Shown: piece after piece, positions 20,501 through 35,500 of the stretch | How positions within the stretch are numbered: position 1 is the stretch's first letter | How the letters are laid out: every line of letters begins with the position of its first letter | Assembly (NCBI GenBank): GCA_051362555.1 | Contig: CM120641.1 | Span: forward strand, 23,752,401 to 23,816,400 | DNA from: Lingula anatina | Lineage: Eukaryota > Animalia > Brachiopoda | Direction: 5' to 3' | Length of the DNA stretch: 64,000 nucleotides | Notes under the pieces: generated by a model | Told to the model about the DNA's origin: nothing | The model's database searches: none | Seen by the model: the letters and a program-made list of their open reading frames with translations, nothing else | Translations under genes and position numbers: made by a program

Positions 20501-23500
20501 CTCAAAATCACCCAAAAATGACCCGTCACAAATTTTTCCAAAAAGTTATGAAAATCAATTTACCACACCTATCATTCATAAAAAATGTGGAAACGCGCCC
20601 GGATCACTTCATTAAAGCCCCCAATTTCAGCTTTAAAGATTGCCAGAAAGCACACCTGAGAACAGGATTAGGAGAGGGGGGGGGGGGGTGGAGAGAGTTT
20701 TTGCTCTATTTCTTCCTTAATAAAGATACAACCACTATTTCAGTACTTTACCCTCACTACAAATGACCAAACACACCTACCTGACACAATATTGAAGAAA
20801 AAAAATTTTCATCCCTACCTGGCCAAAATTGAAGAAAACTGCCATATCCGGACCTTACAAAAATCACTCAAAATCACCCAAAAATGACCCATCACCAATT
20901 TTTCCAAAAAGTGATGAAAATCAATTTACCACACCTATCATTCATAAAAAATGTGGAAACGCACCCGGATCACTTCATTAAAGCCCCCAATTTCAGCTTT
21001 AAAGATTGCCAGAAAGCACACCTGAGAACAGGATTTGGAGAGTGGGGGGGTGGAGAGAGTTTTTGCTCTATTTCTTCCTTACTAATGATACAACCACTCT
21101 TTCAGTACTTTACCCTCACTACAAATAACCAAACACACCTACCTGACACAATATTGAAGAAAAAAAATTTTCATCCCTACCTGGCCAAAATTGAAGAAAA
21201 CTGCCATATCCGGACCTTACGAAAATCACTCAAATTCAACCAAAAATGACCCGTCACCAATTTTTCCAAAAAGTGATGAAAATCAATTTACCACACCTAT
21301 CATTCATAAAAAATGTGGAAACGCGCCCGGATCACTACATTAAAGCCCCGAATTTCAGCTTTAAAGATTGCAAAAAAGCACACCTGAGAACAGGATTTGG
21401 AGAGGGGGGGGTGGAGAGAGTTTTTGCTCTATTTCTTCCTTAATAATGATACAACCACTCTTTCAGTACTTTACCCTCACTACAAATGACCAAACACACC
21501 TACCTGACACAATATTGAAGAAAAAAAATTTTCATCCCTACCTGGCCAAAATTGAAGAAAACTGCCATATCCGGACCTTACGAAAATCACTCAAAATCAA
21601 CCAAAAATGACCCGTCACCAATTTTTCCAAAAAGTGATGAAAATCAATTTACCACACCTATCATTCATAAAAAATGTGGAAACGTGCCCAGATAACTTCA
21701 TTAAAGCCCCCAATTTCAGCTTTAAAGATTGCAAGAAAGCACACCTGAGAACAGGATTTGGAGAGGGGGGGGGGGTGGAGAGAGTTTTTGCTCTATTTCT
21801 TCCTTAATAATGATACAACCACTCTTTCAGTACTTTACCCTCACTACAAATGACCAAACACACCTACCTGACACAATATTGAAGAAAAAAAATTTTCATC
21901 CCTACCTGGCCAAAATTGAAGAAAACTGCCATATCCGGACCTTACAAAAATCACTCAAAATCACCCAAAAATGACCCGTCACCAATTTTTCCAAAAAGTG
22001 ATGAAAATCAATTTACCACACCTATCATTCATAAAAAATGTGGAAACGAGCCCGGATCACTTCATTAAAGCCCCCAATTTCAGCTTTAAAGATTGCCAGA
22101 AAGCACACCTGAGAACAGGATTTGGAGAGGGGGGGGGGGTGGAGAGAGTTTTTGCTCTATTTCTTCCTTAATAAAGATACAACCACTCTTTCAGTACTTT
22201 ACCCTCACTACAAATGACCAAACACACCTACCTGACACAATATTGAAGAAAAAAAATTTTCATCCCTACCTGGCCAAAATTGAAGAAAACTGCCTTACAA
22301 AAATCACTCAAAATCACCCAAAAATGACCCGTCACCAATTTTTCCAAAAAGTGATGAAAATCAATTTACCACACCTATCATTCATAAAAAATGTGGAAAC
22401 GCACCCGGATCACTTCATTAAAGCCCCCAATTTCAGCTTTAAAGATTGCCAGAAAGCACACCTGAGAACAGGATTTGGAGAGTGGGGGGGTGGAGAGAGT
22501 TTTTGCTCTATTTCTTCCTTACTAATGATACAACCACTCTTTCAGTACTTTACCCTCACTACAAATGACCAAACACACCTACCTGACACAATATTGAAGA
22601 AAAACAATTTTCATCCCTACCTGGCCAAAATTGAAGAAAACTGCCATATCCGGACCTTACGAAAATCACTCAAATTCACCCAAAAATGACCCGTCACCAA
22701 TTTTTCCAAAAAGTGATGAAAATCAATTTACCACACCTATCATTCATAAAAAATGTGGAAACGCGCCCGGATCACTACATTAAAGCCCCCAATTTCAGCT
22801 TTAAAGATTGCAAGAAAGCACACCTGAGAACAGGATTTGGAGAGGGGGGGTGGAGAGAGTTTTTGCTCTATTTCTTCCTTAATAATGATACAACCACTCT
22901 TTCAGTACTTTACCCTCACTACAAATGACCAAACACACCTACCTGACACAATATTGAAGAAAAAAAATTTTCATCCCTACCTGGCCAAAATTGAAGAAAA
23001 CTGCCATATCCGGACCTTACGAAAATCACTCAAAATCAACCAAAAATGACCCGTCACCAATTTTTCCAAAAAGTGATGAAAATCAATTTACCACACCTAT
23101 CATTCATAAAAAATGTGGAAACGTGCCCAGATAACTTCATTAAAGCCCCCAATTTCAGCTTTAAAGATTGCCAGAAAGCACACCTGAGAACAGGATTTGG
23201 AGAGGGGGGGGGGGGTGGAGAAAGATTTTGCTCTATTTCTTCCTTAATAATGATACAACCACTCTTTCAGTACCTTACCCTCACTACAAATGACCAAACA
23301 CACCTACCTGACACAATATTGAAGAAAAAAATTTTTCATCCCTACCTGGCCAAAATTGAAGAAAACTGCCAAACCCGGACCTTACGAAAATCACTCAAAA
23401 TCACCCAAAAATGACCCGTCACAAATTTTTCCAAAAAGTGATGAAAATCAATTTACCACACCTATCATTCATAAAAAATGTGGAAACGCACCCGGATCAC

Positions 23501-26500
23501 TTCATTAAAGCCCCCAATTTCAGCTTTAAAGATTGCCAGAAAGCACACCTGAGAACAGGATTTGGAGAGTGGGGGGATGGAGAGAGTTTTTGCTCTATTT
23601 CTTCCTTACTAATGATACAACCACTCTTTCAGTACTTTACCCTCACTACAAATGACCAAACACACCTACCTGACACAATATTGAAGAAAAAAATTTTTCA
23701 TCCCTACCTGGCCAAAATTGAAGAAAACTGCCATATCCGGACCTTACGAAAATCACTCAAATTCACCCAAAAATGACCCGTCACCAATTTTTCCAAAAAG
23801 TGATGAAAATCAATTTACCACACCTATCATTCATAAAAAATGTGGAAACGCGCCCGGATCACTACATTAAAGCCCCCAATTTCAGCTTTAAAGATTGCAA
23901 GAAAGCACACCTGAGAACAGGATTTGGAGAGGGGGGGGTGGAGAGAGTTTTTGCTCTATTTCTTCCTTAATAATGATACAACCACTCTTTCAGTACTTTA
24001 CCCTCACTACAAATGACCAAACACACCTACCTGACACAATATTGAAGAAAAAAAATTTTCATCCCTACCTGGCCAAAATTGAAGAAAACTGCCATATCCG
24101 GACCTTACGAAAATCACTCAAAATCACCCAAAAATGACCCGTCACAAATTTTTCCAAAAAGTGATGAAAATCAATTTACCACACCTATCATTCATAAAAA
24201 ATGTGGAAACGCGCCCAGATCACTTCATTAAAGCCCCCAATTTCAGCTTTAAAGATTGCCAGAAAGCACACCTGAGAACAGGATTTGGAGAGTGGGGGGG
24301 TGGAGAGAGTTTTTGCTCTATTTCTTCCTTACTAATGATACAACCACTCTTTCAGTACTTTACCCTCACTACAAATGACCAAACACACCTACCTGACACA
24401 ATATTGAAGAAAAACATTTTTCATCCCTACCTGGCCAAAATTGAAGAAAACTGCCATATCCGGACCTTACGAAAATCACTCAAAATCACCCAAAAATGAC
24501 CCGTCACAAATTTTTCCAAAAAGTTATGAAAATCAATTTACCACACCTATCATTCATAAAAAATGTGGAAACGTGCCAGGATCACTTCATTAAAGCCCCC
24601 AATTTCAGCTTTAAAGATTGCCAGAAAGCACACCTGAGAACATGATTTGGAGAGGGGGGGGGGGGGTGGAGAGAGTTTTTGCTCTATTTCTTCCTTAATA
24701 AAGATACAACCACTCTTTCAGTACTTTACCCTCACTACAAATGACCAAACACACCTACCTGACACAATATTGAAGAAAAAAAATTTTCATCCCTACCTGG
24801 CCAAAATTGAAGAAAACTGCCATATCCGGACCTTACAAAAATCACTCAAAATCACCCAAAAATGACCCGTCACCAATTTTTCCAAAAAGTGATGAAAATC
24901 AATTTACCACACCTATCATTCATAAAAAATGTGGAAACGCACCCGGATCACTTCATTAAAGCCCCCAATTTCAGCTTTAAAGATTGCCAGAAAGCACACC
25001 TGAGAACAGGATTTGGAGAGTGGGGGGGTGGAGAGAGTTTTTGCTCTATTTCTTCCTTACTAATGATACAACCACTCTTTCAGTACCTTACCCTCACTAC
25101 AAATGACCAAACACACCTACCTGACACAATATTGAAGAAAAAAAATTTTCATCCCTACCTGGCCAAAATTGAAGAAAACTGCCATATCCGGACCTTACGA
25201 AAATCACTCAAAATCAACCAAAAATGACCCGTCACCAATTTTTCCAAAAAGTGATGAAAATCAATTTACCACACCTATCATTCATAAAAAATGTGGAAAC
25301 GCGCCCAGATCACTTCATTAAAGCCCCCAATTTCAGCTTTAAAGATTGCCAGAAAGCACACCTGAGAACAGGATTTGGAGAGTGGGGGGGTGGAGAGAGT
25401 TTTTGCTCTATTTCTTCCTTACTAATGATACAACCACTCTTTCAGTACTTTACCCTCACTACAAATGACCAAACACACCTACCTGACACAATATTGAAGA
25501 AAAACATTTTTCATCCCTACCTGGCCAAAATTGAAGAAAACTGCCATATCCGGACCTTACGAAAATCACTCAAAATCACCCAAAAATGACCCGTCACAAA
25601 TTTTTCCAAAAAGTTATGAAAATCAATTTACCACACCTATCATTCATAAAAAATGTGGAAACGCGCCCGGATCACTTCATTAAAGCCCCCAATTTCAGCT
25701 TTAAAGATTGCCAGAAAGCACACCTGAGAACAGGATTTGGAGAGGGGGGGGGTGGAGAGAGTTTTTGCTCTATTTCTTCCTTAATAAAGATACAACCACT
25801 CTTTCAGTACTTTACCCTCACTACAAATGACCAAACACACCTACCTGACACAATATTGAAGAAAAAAAATTTTCATCCCTACCTGGCCAAAATTGAAGAA
25901 AACTGCCATATCCGGACCTTACAAAAATCACTCAAAATCACCCAAAAATGACCCGTCACCAATTTTTCCAAAAAGTGATGAAAATCAATTTACCACACCT
26001 ATCATTCATAAAAAATGTGGAAACGCACCCGGATCACTTCATTAAAGCCCCCAATTTCAGCTTTAAAGATTGCCAGAAAGCACACCTGAGAACAGGATTT
26101 GGAGAGTGGGGGGGTGGAGAGAGTTTTTGCTCTATTTCTTCCTTACTAATGATACAACCACTCTTTCAGTACTTTACCCTCACTACAAATGACCAAACAC
26201 ACCTACCTGACACAATATTGAAGAAAAAAAATTTTCATCCCTACCTGGCCAAAATTGAAGAAAACTGCCATATCCGGACCTTACGAAAATCACTCAAATT
26301 CAACCAAAAATGACCCGTCACCAATTTTTCCAAAAAGTAATGAAAATCAATTTACCACACCTATCATTCATAAAAAATGTGGAAACGCGCCCGGATCACT
26401 ACATTAAAGCCCCCAATTTCAGCTTTAAAGATTGCAAAAAAGCACACCTGAGAACAGGATTTGGAGAGGGGGGGGTGGAGAGAGTTTTTGCTCTATTTCT

Positions 26501-29500
26501 TCCTTAATAATGATACAACCACTCTTTCAGTACTTTACCCTCACTACAAATGACCAAACACACCTACCTGACACAATATTGAAGAAAAAAAATTTTCATC
26601 CCTACCTGGCCAAAATTGAAGAAAACTGCCATATCCGGACCTTACGAAAATCACTCAAAATCAACCAAAAATGACCCGTCACCAATTTTTCCAAAAAGTG
26701 ATGAAAATCAATTTACCACACCTATCATTCATAAAAAATGTGGAAACGTGCCCAGATAACTTCATTAAAGCCCCCAATTTCAGCTTTAAAGATTGCCAGA
26801 AAGCACACCTGAGAACAGGATTTGGAGAGGGGGGGGGGTGGAGAAAGATTTTGCTCTATTTCTTCCTTAATAATGATACAACCACTCTTTCAGTACCTTA
26901 CCCTCACTACAAATGACCAAACACACCTACCTGACACAATATTGAAGAAAAAAATTTTTCATCCCTACCTGGCCAAAATTGAAGAAAACTGCCAAACCCG
27001 GACCTTACGAAAATCACTCAAAATCACCCAAAAATGACCCGTCACAAATTTTTCCAAAAAGTTATGAAAATCAATTAACCACACCTATCATTCATAAAAA
27101 ATGTGGAAACGCGCCCGGATCACTACATTAAAGCCCCCAATTTCAGCTTTAAAGATTGCAAGAAAGCACACGTGAGAACAGGATTTGGAGAGGGGGGGGT
27201 GGAGAGAGTTTTTGCTCTATTTCTTCCTTAATAATGATACAACCACTCTTTCAGTACTTTACCCTCACTACAAATGACCAAACACACCTACCTGACACAA
27301 TATTGAAGAAAAAAAATTTTCATCCCTACCTGGCCAAAATTGAAGAAAACTGCCATATCCGGACCTTACAAAAATCACTCAAAATCACCCAAAAATGACC
27401 CGTCACCAATTTTTCCAAAAAGTGATGAAAATCAATTTACCACACCTATCATTCATAAAAAATGTGGAAACGCACCCGGATCACTTCATTAAAGCCCCCA
27501 ATTTCAGCTTTAAAGATTGCCAGAAAGCACACCTGAGAACAGGATTTGGAGAGTGGGGGGGTGGAGAGAGTTTTTGCTCTATTTCTTCCTTACTAATGAT
27601 ACAACCACTCTTTCAGTACTTTACCCTCACTACAAATGACCAAACACACCTACCTGACACAATATTGAAGAAAAAAATTTTTCATCCCTACCTGGCCAAA
27701 ATTGAAGAAAACTGCCATATCCGGACCTTACGAAAATCACTCAAATTCACCCAAAAATGACCCGTCACCAATTTTTCCAAAAAGTGATGAAAATCAATTT
27801 ACCACACCTATCATTCATAAAAAATGTGGAAACGCGCCCGGATCACTACATTAAAGCCCCCAATTTCAGCTTTAAAGATTGCAAGAAAGCACACCTGAGA
27901 ACAGGATTTGGAGAGGGGGGGGGGTGGAGAGAGTTTTTGCTCTATTTCTTCCTTAATAATGATACAACCACTCTTTCAGTACTTTACCCTCACTACAAAT
28001 GACCAAACACACCTACCTGACACAATATTGAAGAAAAAAAATTTTCATCCCTACCTGGCCAAAATTGAAGAAAACTGCCATATATGGACCTTACGAAAAT
28101 CACTCAAAATCACCCAAAAATGACCCGTCACAAATATTTCCAAAAAGTGATGAAAATCAATTTACCACACCTATCATTCATAAAAAATGTGGAAACGCGC
28201 CCGGATCACTTCATTAAAGCCCCCAATTTCAGCTTTAAAGATTGCCAGAAAGCACACCTGAGAACAGGATTTGGAGAGTGGGGGGGTGGAGAGAGTTTTT
28301 GCTCTATTTCTTCCTTACTAATGATACAACCACTCTTTCAGTACTTTACCCTCACTACAAATGACCAAACACACCTACCTGACACAATATTGAAGAAAAA
28401 CATTTTTCATCCCTACCTGGCCAAAATTGAAGAAAACTGCCATATCCCGACGTTACGAAAATCACTCAAAATCACCCAAAAATGACCCGTCACAAATTTT
28501 TCCAAAAAGTTATGAAAATCAATTTACCACACCTATCATTCATAAAAAATGTGGAAACGCGCCCGGATCACTTCATTAAAGCCCCCAATTTCAGCTTTAA
28601 AGATTGCCAGAAAGCACACCTGAGAACAGGATTTGGAGAGGGGGGGGGGTGGAGAGAGTTTTTGCTCTATTTCTTCCTTAATAAAGATACAACCACTCTT
28701 TCAGTACTTTACCCTCACTACAAATGACCAAACACACCTACCTGACACAATATTGAAGAAAAAAAAATTTTCATCCCTACCTGGCCAAAATTGAAGAAAA
28801 CTGCCATATCCGGACCTTACAAAAATCACTCAAAATCACCCAAAAATGACCCGTCACCAATTTTTCCAAAAAGTGATGAAAATCAATTTACCACACCTAT
28901 CATTCATAAAAAATGTGGAAACGCACCCGGATCACTTCATTAAAGCCCCCAATTTCAGCTTTAAAGATTGCCAGAAAGCACACCTGAGAACAGGATTTGG
29001 AGAGTGGGGGGGTGGAGAGAGTTTTTGCTCTATTTCTTCCTTACTAATGATACAACCACTCTTTCAGTACTTTACCCTCACTACAAATGACCAAACACAC
29101 CTACCTGACACAATATTGAAGAAAAAAAATTTTCATCCCTACCTGGCCAAAATTGAAGAAAACTGCCATATCCGGACCTTACGAAAATCACTCAAATTCA
29201 CCCAAAAATGACCCGTCACCAATTTTTCCAAAAAGTGATGAAAATCAATTTACCACACCTATCATTCATAAAAAATGTGGAAACGCGCCCGGATCACTAC
29301 ATTAAAGCCCCCAATTTCAGCTTTAAAGATTGCAAGAAAGCACACCTGAGAACAGGATTTGGAGAGGGGGGGTGGAGAGAGTTTTTGCTCTATTTCTTCC
29401 TTAATAATGATACAACCACTCTTTCAGTACTTTACCCTCACTACAAATGACCAAACACACCTACCTGACACAATATTGAAGAAAAAAAATTTTCATCCCT

Positions 29501-32500
29501 ACCTGGCCAAAATTGAAGAAAACTGCCATATCCGGACCTTACGAAAATCACTCAAAATCAACCAAAAATGACCCGTCACCAATTTTTCCAAAAAGTGATG
29601 AAAATCAATTTACCACACCTATCATTCATAAAAAATGTGGAAACGTGCCCAGATAACTTCATTAAAGCCCCCAATTTCAGCTTTAAAGATTGCCAGAAAG
29701 CACACCTGAGAACAGGATTTGGAGAGGGGGGGGGGTGGAGAAAGATTTTGCTCTATTTCTTCCTTAATAATGATACAACCACTCTTTCAGTACCTTACCC
29801 TCACTACAAATGACCAAACACACCTACCTGACACAATATTGAAGAAAAAAATTTTTCATCCCTACCTGGCCAAAATTGAAGAAAACTGCCAAACCCGGAC
29901 CTTACGAAAATCACTCAAAATCACCCAAAAATGACCCGTCACAAATTTTTCCAAAAAGTGATGAAAATCAATTTACCACACCTATCATTCATAAAAAATG
30001 TGGAAACGCACCCGGATCACTTCATTAAAGCCCCCAATTTCAGCTTTAAAGATTGCCAGAAAGCACACCTGAGAACAGGATTTGGAGAGTGGGGGGATGG
30101 AGAGAGTTTTTGCTCTATTTCTTCCTTACTAATGATACAACCACTCTTTCAGTACTTTACCCTCACTACAAATGACCAAACACACCTACCTGACACAATA
30201 TTGAAGAAAAAAATTTTTCATCCCTACCTGGCCAAAATTGAAGAAAACTGCCATATCCGGACCTTACGAAAATCACTCAAATTCACCCAAAAATGACCCG
30301 TCACCAATTTTTCCAAAAAGTGATGAAAATCAATTTACCACACCTATCATTCATAAAAAATGTGGAAACGCGCCCGGATCACTACATTAAAGCCCCCAAT
30401 TTCAGCTTTAAAGATTGCAAGAAAGCACACCTGAGAACAGGATTTGGAGAGGGGGGGGTGGAGAGAGTTTTTGCTCTATTTCTTCCTTAATAATGATACA
30501 ACCACTCTTTCAGTACTTTACCCTCACTACAAATGACCAAACACACCTACCTGACACAATATTGAAGAAAAAAAATTTTCATCCCTACCTGGCCAAAATT
30601 GAAGAAAACTGCCATATCCGGACCTTACGAAAATCACTCAAAATCACCCAAAAATGACCCGTCACCAATTTTTCCAAAAAGTGATGAAAATCAATTTACC
30701 ACACCTATCATTCATAAAAAATGTGGAAACGCGCCCAGATCACTTCATTAAAGCCCCCAATTTCAGCTTTAAAGATTGCCAGAAAGCACACCTGAGAACA
30801 GGATTTGGAGAGTGGGGGGGTGGAGAGAGTTTTTGCTCTATTTCTTCCTTACTAATGATACAACCACTCTTTCAGTACTTTACCCTCACTACAAATGACC
30901 AAACACACCTACCTGACACAATATTGAAGAAAAACATTTTTCATCCCTACCTGGCCAAAATTGAAGAAAACTGCCATATCCGGACCTTACGAAAATCACT
31001 CAAAATCACCCAAAAATGACCCGTCACAAATTTTTCCAAAAAGTTATGAAAATCAATTTACCACACCTATCATTCATAAAAAATGTGGAAACGTGCCCGG
31101 ATCACTTCATTAAAGCCCCCAATTTCAGCTTTAAAGATTGCCAGAAAGCACACCTGAGAACATGATTTGGAGAGGGGGGGGGGGGTGGAGAGAGTTTTTG
31201 CTCTATTTCTTCCTTAATAAAGATACAACCACTCTTTCAGTACTTTACCCTCACTACAAATGACCAAACACACCTACCTGACACAATATTGAAGAAAAAA
31301 AATTTTCATCCCTACCTGGCCAAAATTGAAGAAAACTGCCATATCCGGACCTTACAAAAATCACTCAAAATCACCCAAAAATGACCCGTCACCAATTTTT
31401 CCAAAAAGTGATGAAAATCAATTTACCACACCTATCATTCATAAAAAATGTGGAAACGTGCCCGGATCACTTCATTAAAGCCCCCAATTTCAGCTTTAAA
31501 GATTGCCAGAAAGCACACCTGAGAACATGATTTGGAGAGGGGGGGGGGGGGGTGGAGAGAGTTTTTGCTCTATTTCTTCCTTAATAAAGATACAACCACT
31601 CTTTCAGTACTTTACCCTCACTACAAATGACCAAACACACCTACCTGACACAATATTGAAGAAAAAAAATTTTCATCCCTACCTGGCCAAAATTGAAGAA
31701 AACTGCCATATCCGGACCTTACAAAAATCACTCAAAATCACCCAAAAATGACCCGTCACCAATTTTTCCAAAAAGTGATGAAAATCAATTTACCACACCT
31801 ATCATTCATAAAAAATGTGGAAACGCACCCGGATCACTTCATTAAAGCCCCCAATTTCAGCTTTAAAGATTGCCAGAAAGCACACCTGAGAACAGGATTT
31901 GGAGAGTGGGGGGGTGGAGAGAGTTTTTGCTCTATTTCTTCCTTACTAATGATACAACCACTCTTTCAGTACCTTACCCTCACTACAAATGACCAAACAC
32001 ACCTACCTGACACAATATTGAAGAAAAAAAATTTTCATCCCTACCTGGCCAAAATTGAAGAAAACTGCCATATCCGGACCTTACGAAAATCACTCAAAAT
32101 CAACCAAAAATGACCCGTCACCAATTTTTCCAAAAAGTGATGAAAATCAATTTACCACACCTATCATTCATAAAAAATGTGGAAACGCGCCCAGATCACT
32201 TCATTAAAGCCCCCAATTTCAGCTTTAAAGATTGCCAGAAAGCACACCTGAGAACAGGATTTGGAGAGTGGGGGGGTGGAGAGAGTTTTTGCTCTATTTC
32301 TTCCTTACTAATGATACAACCACTCTTTCAGTACTTTACCCTCACTACAAATGACCAAACACACCTACCTGACACAATATTGAAGAAAAACATTTTTCAT
32401 CCCTACCTGGCCAAAATTGAAGAAAACTGCCATATCCGGACCTTACGAAAATCACTCAAAATCACCCAAAAATGACCCGTCACAAATTTTTCCAAAAAGT

Positions 32501-35500
32501 TATGAAAATCAATTTACCACACCTATCATTCATAAAAAATGTGGAAACGCGCCCGGATCACTTCATTAAAGCCCCCAATTTCAGCTTTAAAGATTGCCAG
32601 AAAGCACACCTGAGAACAGGATTTGGAGAGGGGGGGGGTGGAGAGAGTTTTTGCTCTATTTCTTCCTTAATAAAGATACAACCACTCTTTCAGTACTTTA
32701 CCCTCACTACAAATGACCAAACACACCTACCTGACACAATATTGAAGAAAAAAAATTTTCATCCCTACCTGGCCAAAATTGAAGAAAACTGCCATATCCG
32801 GACCTTACAAAAATCACTCAAAATCACCCAAAAATGACCCGTCACCAATTTTTCCAAAAAGTGATGAAAATCAATTTACCACACCTATCATTCATAAAAA
32901 ATGTGGAAACGCACCCGGATCACTTCATTAAAGCCCCCAATTTCAGCTTTAAAGATTGCCAGAAAGCACACCTGAGAACAGGATTTGGAGAGTGGGGGGG
33001 TGGAGAGAGTTTTTGCTCTATTTCTTCCTTACTAATGATACAACCACTCTTTCAGTACTTTACCCTCACTACAAATGACCAAACACACCTACCTGACACA
33101 ATATTGAAGAAAAAAAATTTTCATCCCTACCTGGCCAAAATTGAAGAAAACTGCCATATCCGGACCTTACGAAAATCACTCAAATTCAACCAAAAATGAC
33201 CCGTCACCAATTTTTCCAAAAAGTGATGAAAATCAATTTACCACACCTATCATTCATAAAAAATGTGGAAACGCGCCCGGATCACTACATTAAAGCCCCC
33301 AATTTCAGCTTTAAAGATTGCAAAAAAGCACACCTGAGAACAGGATTTGGAGAGGGGGGGGTGGAGAGAGTTTTTGCTCTATTTCTTCCTTAATAATGAT
33401 ACAACCACTCTTTCAGTACTTTACCCTCACTACAAATGACCAAACACACCTACCTGACACAATATTGAAGAAAAAAAATTTTCATCCCTACCTGGCCAAA
33501 ATTGAAGAAAACTGCCATATCCGGACCTTACGAAAATCACTCAAAATCAACCAAAAATGACCCGTCACCAATTTTTCCAAAAAGTGATGAAAATCAATTT
33601 ACCACACCTATCATTCATAAAAAATGTGGAAACGTGCCCAGATAACTTCATTAAAGCCCCCAATTTCAGCTTTAAAGATTGCCAGAAAGCACACCTGAGA
33701 ACAGGATTTGGAGAGGGGGGGGGGTGGAGAAAGATTTTGCTCTATTTCTTCCTTAATAATGATACAACCACTCTTTCAGTACCTTACCCTCACTACAAAT
33801 GACCAAACACACCTACCTGACACAATATTGAAGAAAAAAATTTTTCATCCCTACCTGGCCAAAATTGAAGAAAACTGCCAAACCCGGACCTTACGAAAAT
33901 CACTCAAAATCACCCAAAAATGACCCGTCACAAATTTTTCCAAAAAGTTATGAAAATCAATTAACCACACCTATCATTCATAAAAAATGTGGAAACGCGC
34001 CCGGATCACTACATTAAAGCCCCCAATTTCAGCTTTAAAGATTGCAAGAAAGCACACGTGAGAACAGGATTTGGAGAGGGGGGGGTGGAGAGAGTTTTTG
34101 CTCTATTTCTTCCTTAATAATGATACAACCACTCTTTCAGTACTTTACCCTCACTACAAATGACCAAACACACCTACCTGACACAATATTGAAGAAAAAA
34201 AATTTTCATCCCTACCTGGCCAAAATTGAAGAAAACTGCCATATCCGGACCTTACAAAAATCACTCAAAATCACCCAAAAATGACCCGTCACCAATTTTT
34301 CCAAAAAGTGATGAAAATCAATTTACCACACCTATCATTCATAAAAAATGTGGAAACGCACCCGGATCACTTCATTAAAGCCCCCAATTTCAGCTTTAAA
34401 GATTGCCAGAAAGCACACCTGAGAACAGGATTTGGAGAGTGGGGGGGTGGAGAGAGTTTTTGCTCTATTTCTTCCTTACTAATGATACAACCACTCTTTC
34501 AGTACTTTACCCTCACTACAAATGACCAAACACACCTACCTGACACAATATTGAAGAAAAAAATTTTTCATCCCTACCTGGCCAAAATTGAAGAAAACTG
34601 CCATATCCGGACCTTACGAAAATCACTCAAATTCACCCAAAAATGACCCGTCACCAATTTTTCCAAAAAGTGATGAAAATCAATTTACCACACCTATCAT
34701 TCATAAAAAATGTGGAAACGCGCCCGGATCACTACATTAAAGCCCCCAATTTCAGCTTTAAAGATTGCAAGAAAGCACACCTGAGAACAGGATTTGGAGA
34801 GGGGGGGGGTGGAGAGAGTTTTTGCTCTATTTCTTCCTTAATAATGATACAACCACTCTTTCAGTACTTTACCCTCACTACAAATGACCAAACACACCTA
34901 CCTGACACAATATTGAAGAAAAATAAATTTTCATCCCTACCTGGCCAAAATTGAAGAAAACTGCCATATCCGGACCTTACGAAAATCACTCAAAATCACC
35001 CAAAAATGACCCGTCACAAATATTTCCAAAAAGTGATGAAAATCAATTTACCACACCTATCATTCATAAAAAATGTGGAAACGCGCCCGGATCACTTCAT
35101 TAAAGCCCCCAATTTCAGCTTTAAAGATTGCCAGAAAGCACACCTGAGAACAGGATTTGGAGAGTGGGGGGGTGGAGAGAGTTTTTGCTCTATTTCTTCC
35201 TTACTAATGATACAACCACTCTTTCAGTACTTTACCCTCACTACAAATGACCAAACACACCTACCTGACACAATATTGAAGAAAAACATTTTTCATCCCT
35301 ACCTGGCCAAAATTGAAGAAAACTGCCATATCCGGACGTTACGAAAATCACTCAAAATCACCCAAAAATGACCCGTCACAAATTTTTCCAAAAAGTTATG
35401 AAAATCAATTTACCACACCTATCATTCATAAAAAATGTGGAAACGCGCCCGGATCACTTCATTAAAGCCCCCAATTTCAGCTTTAAAGATTGCCAGAAAG

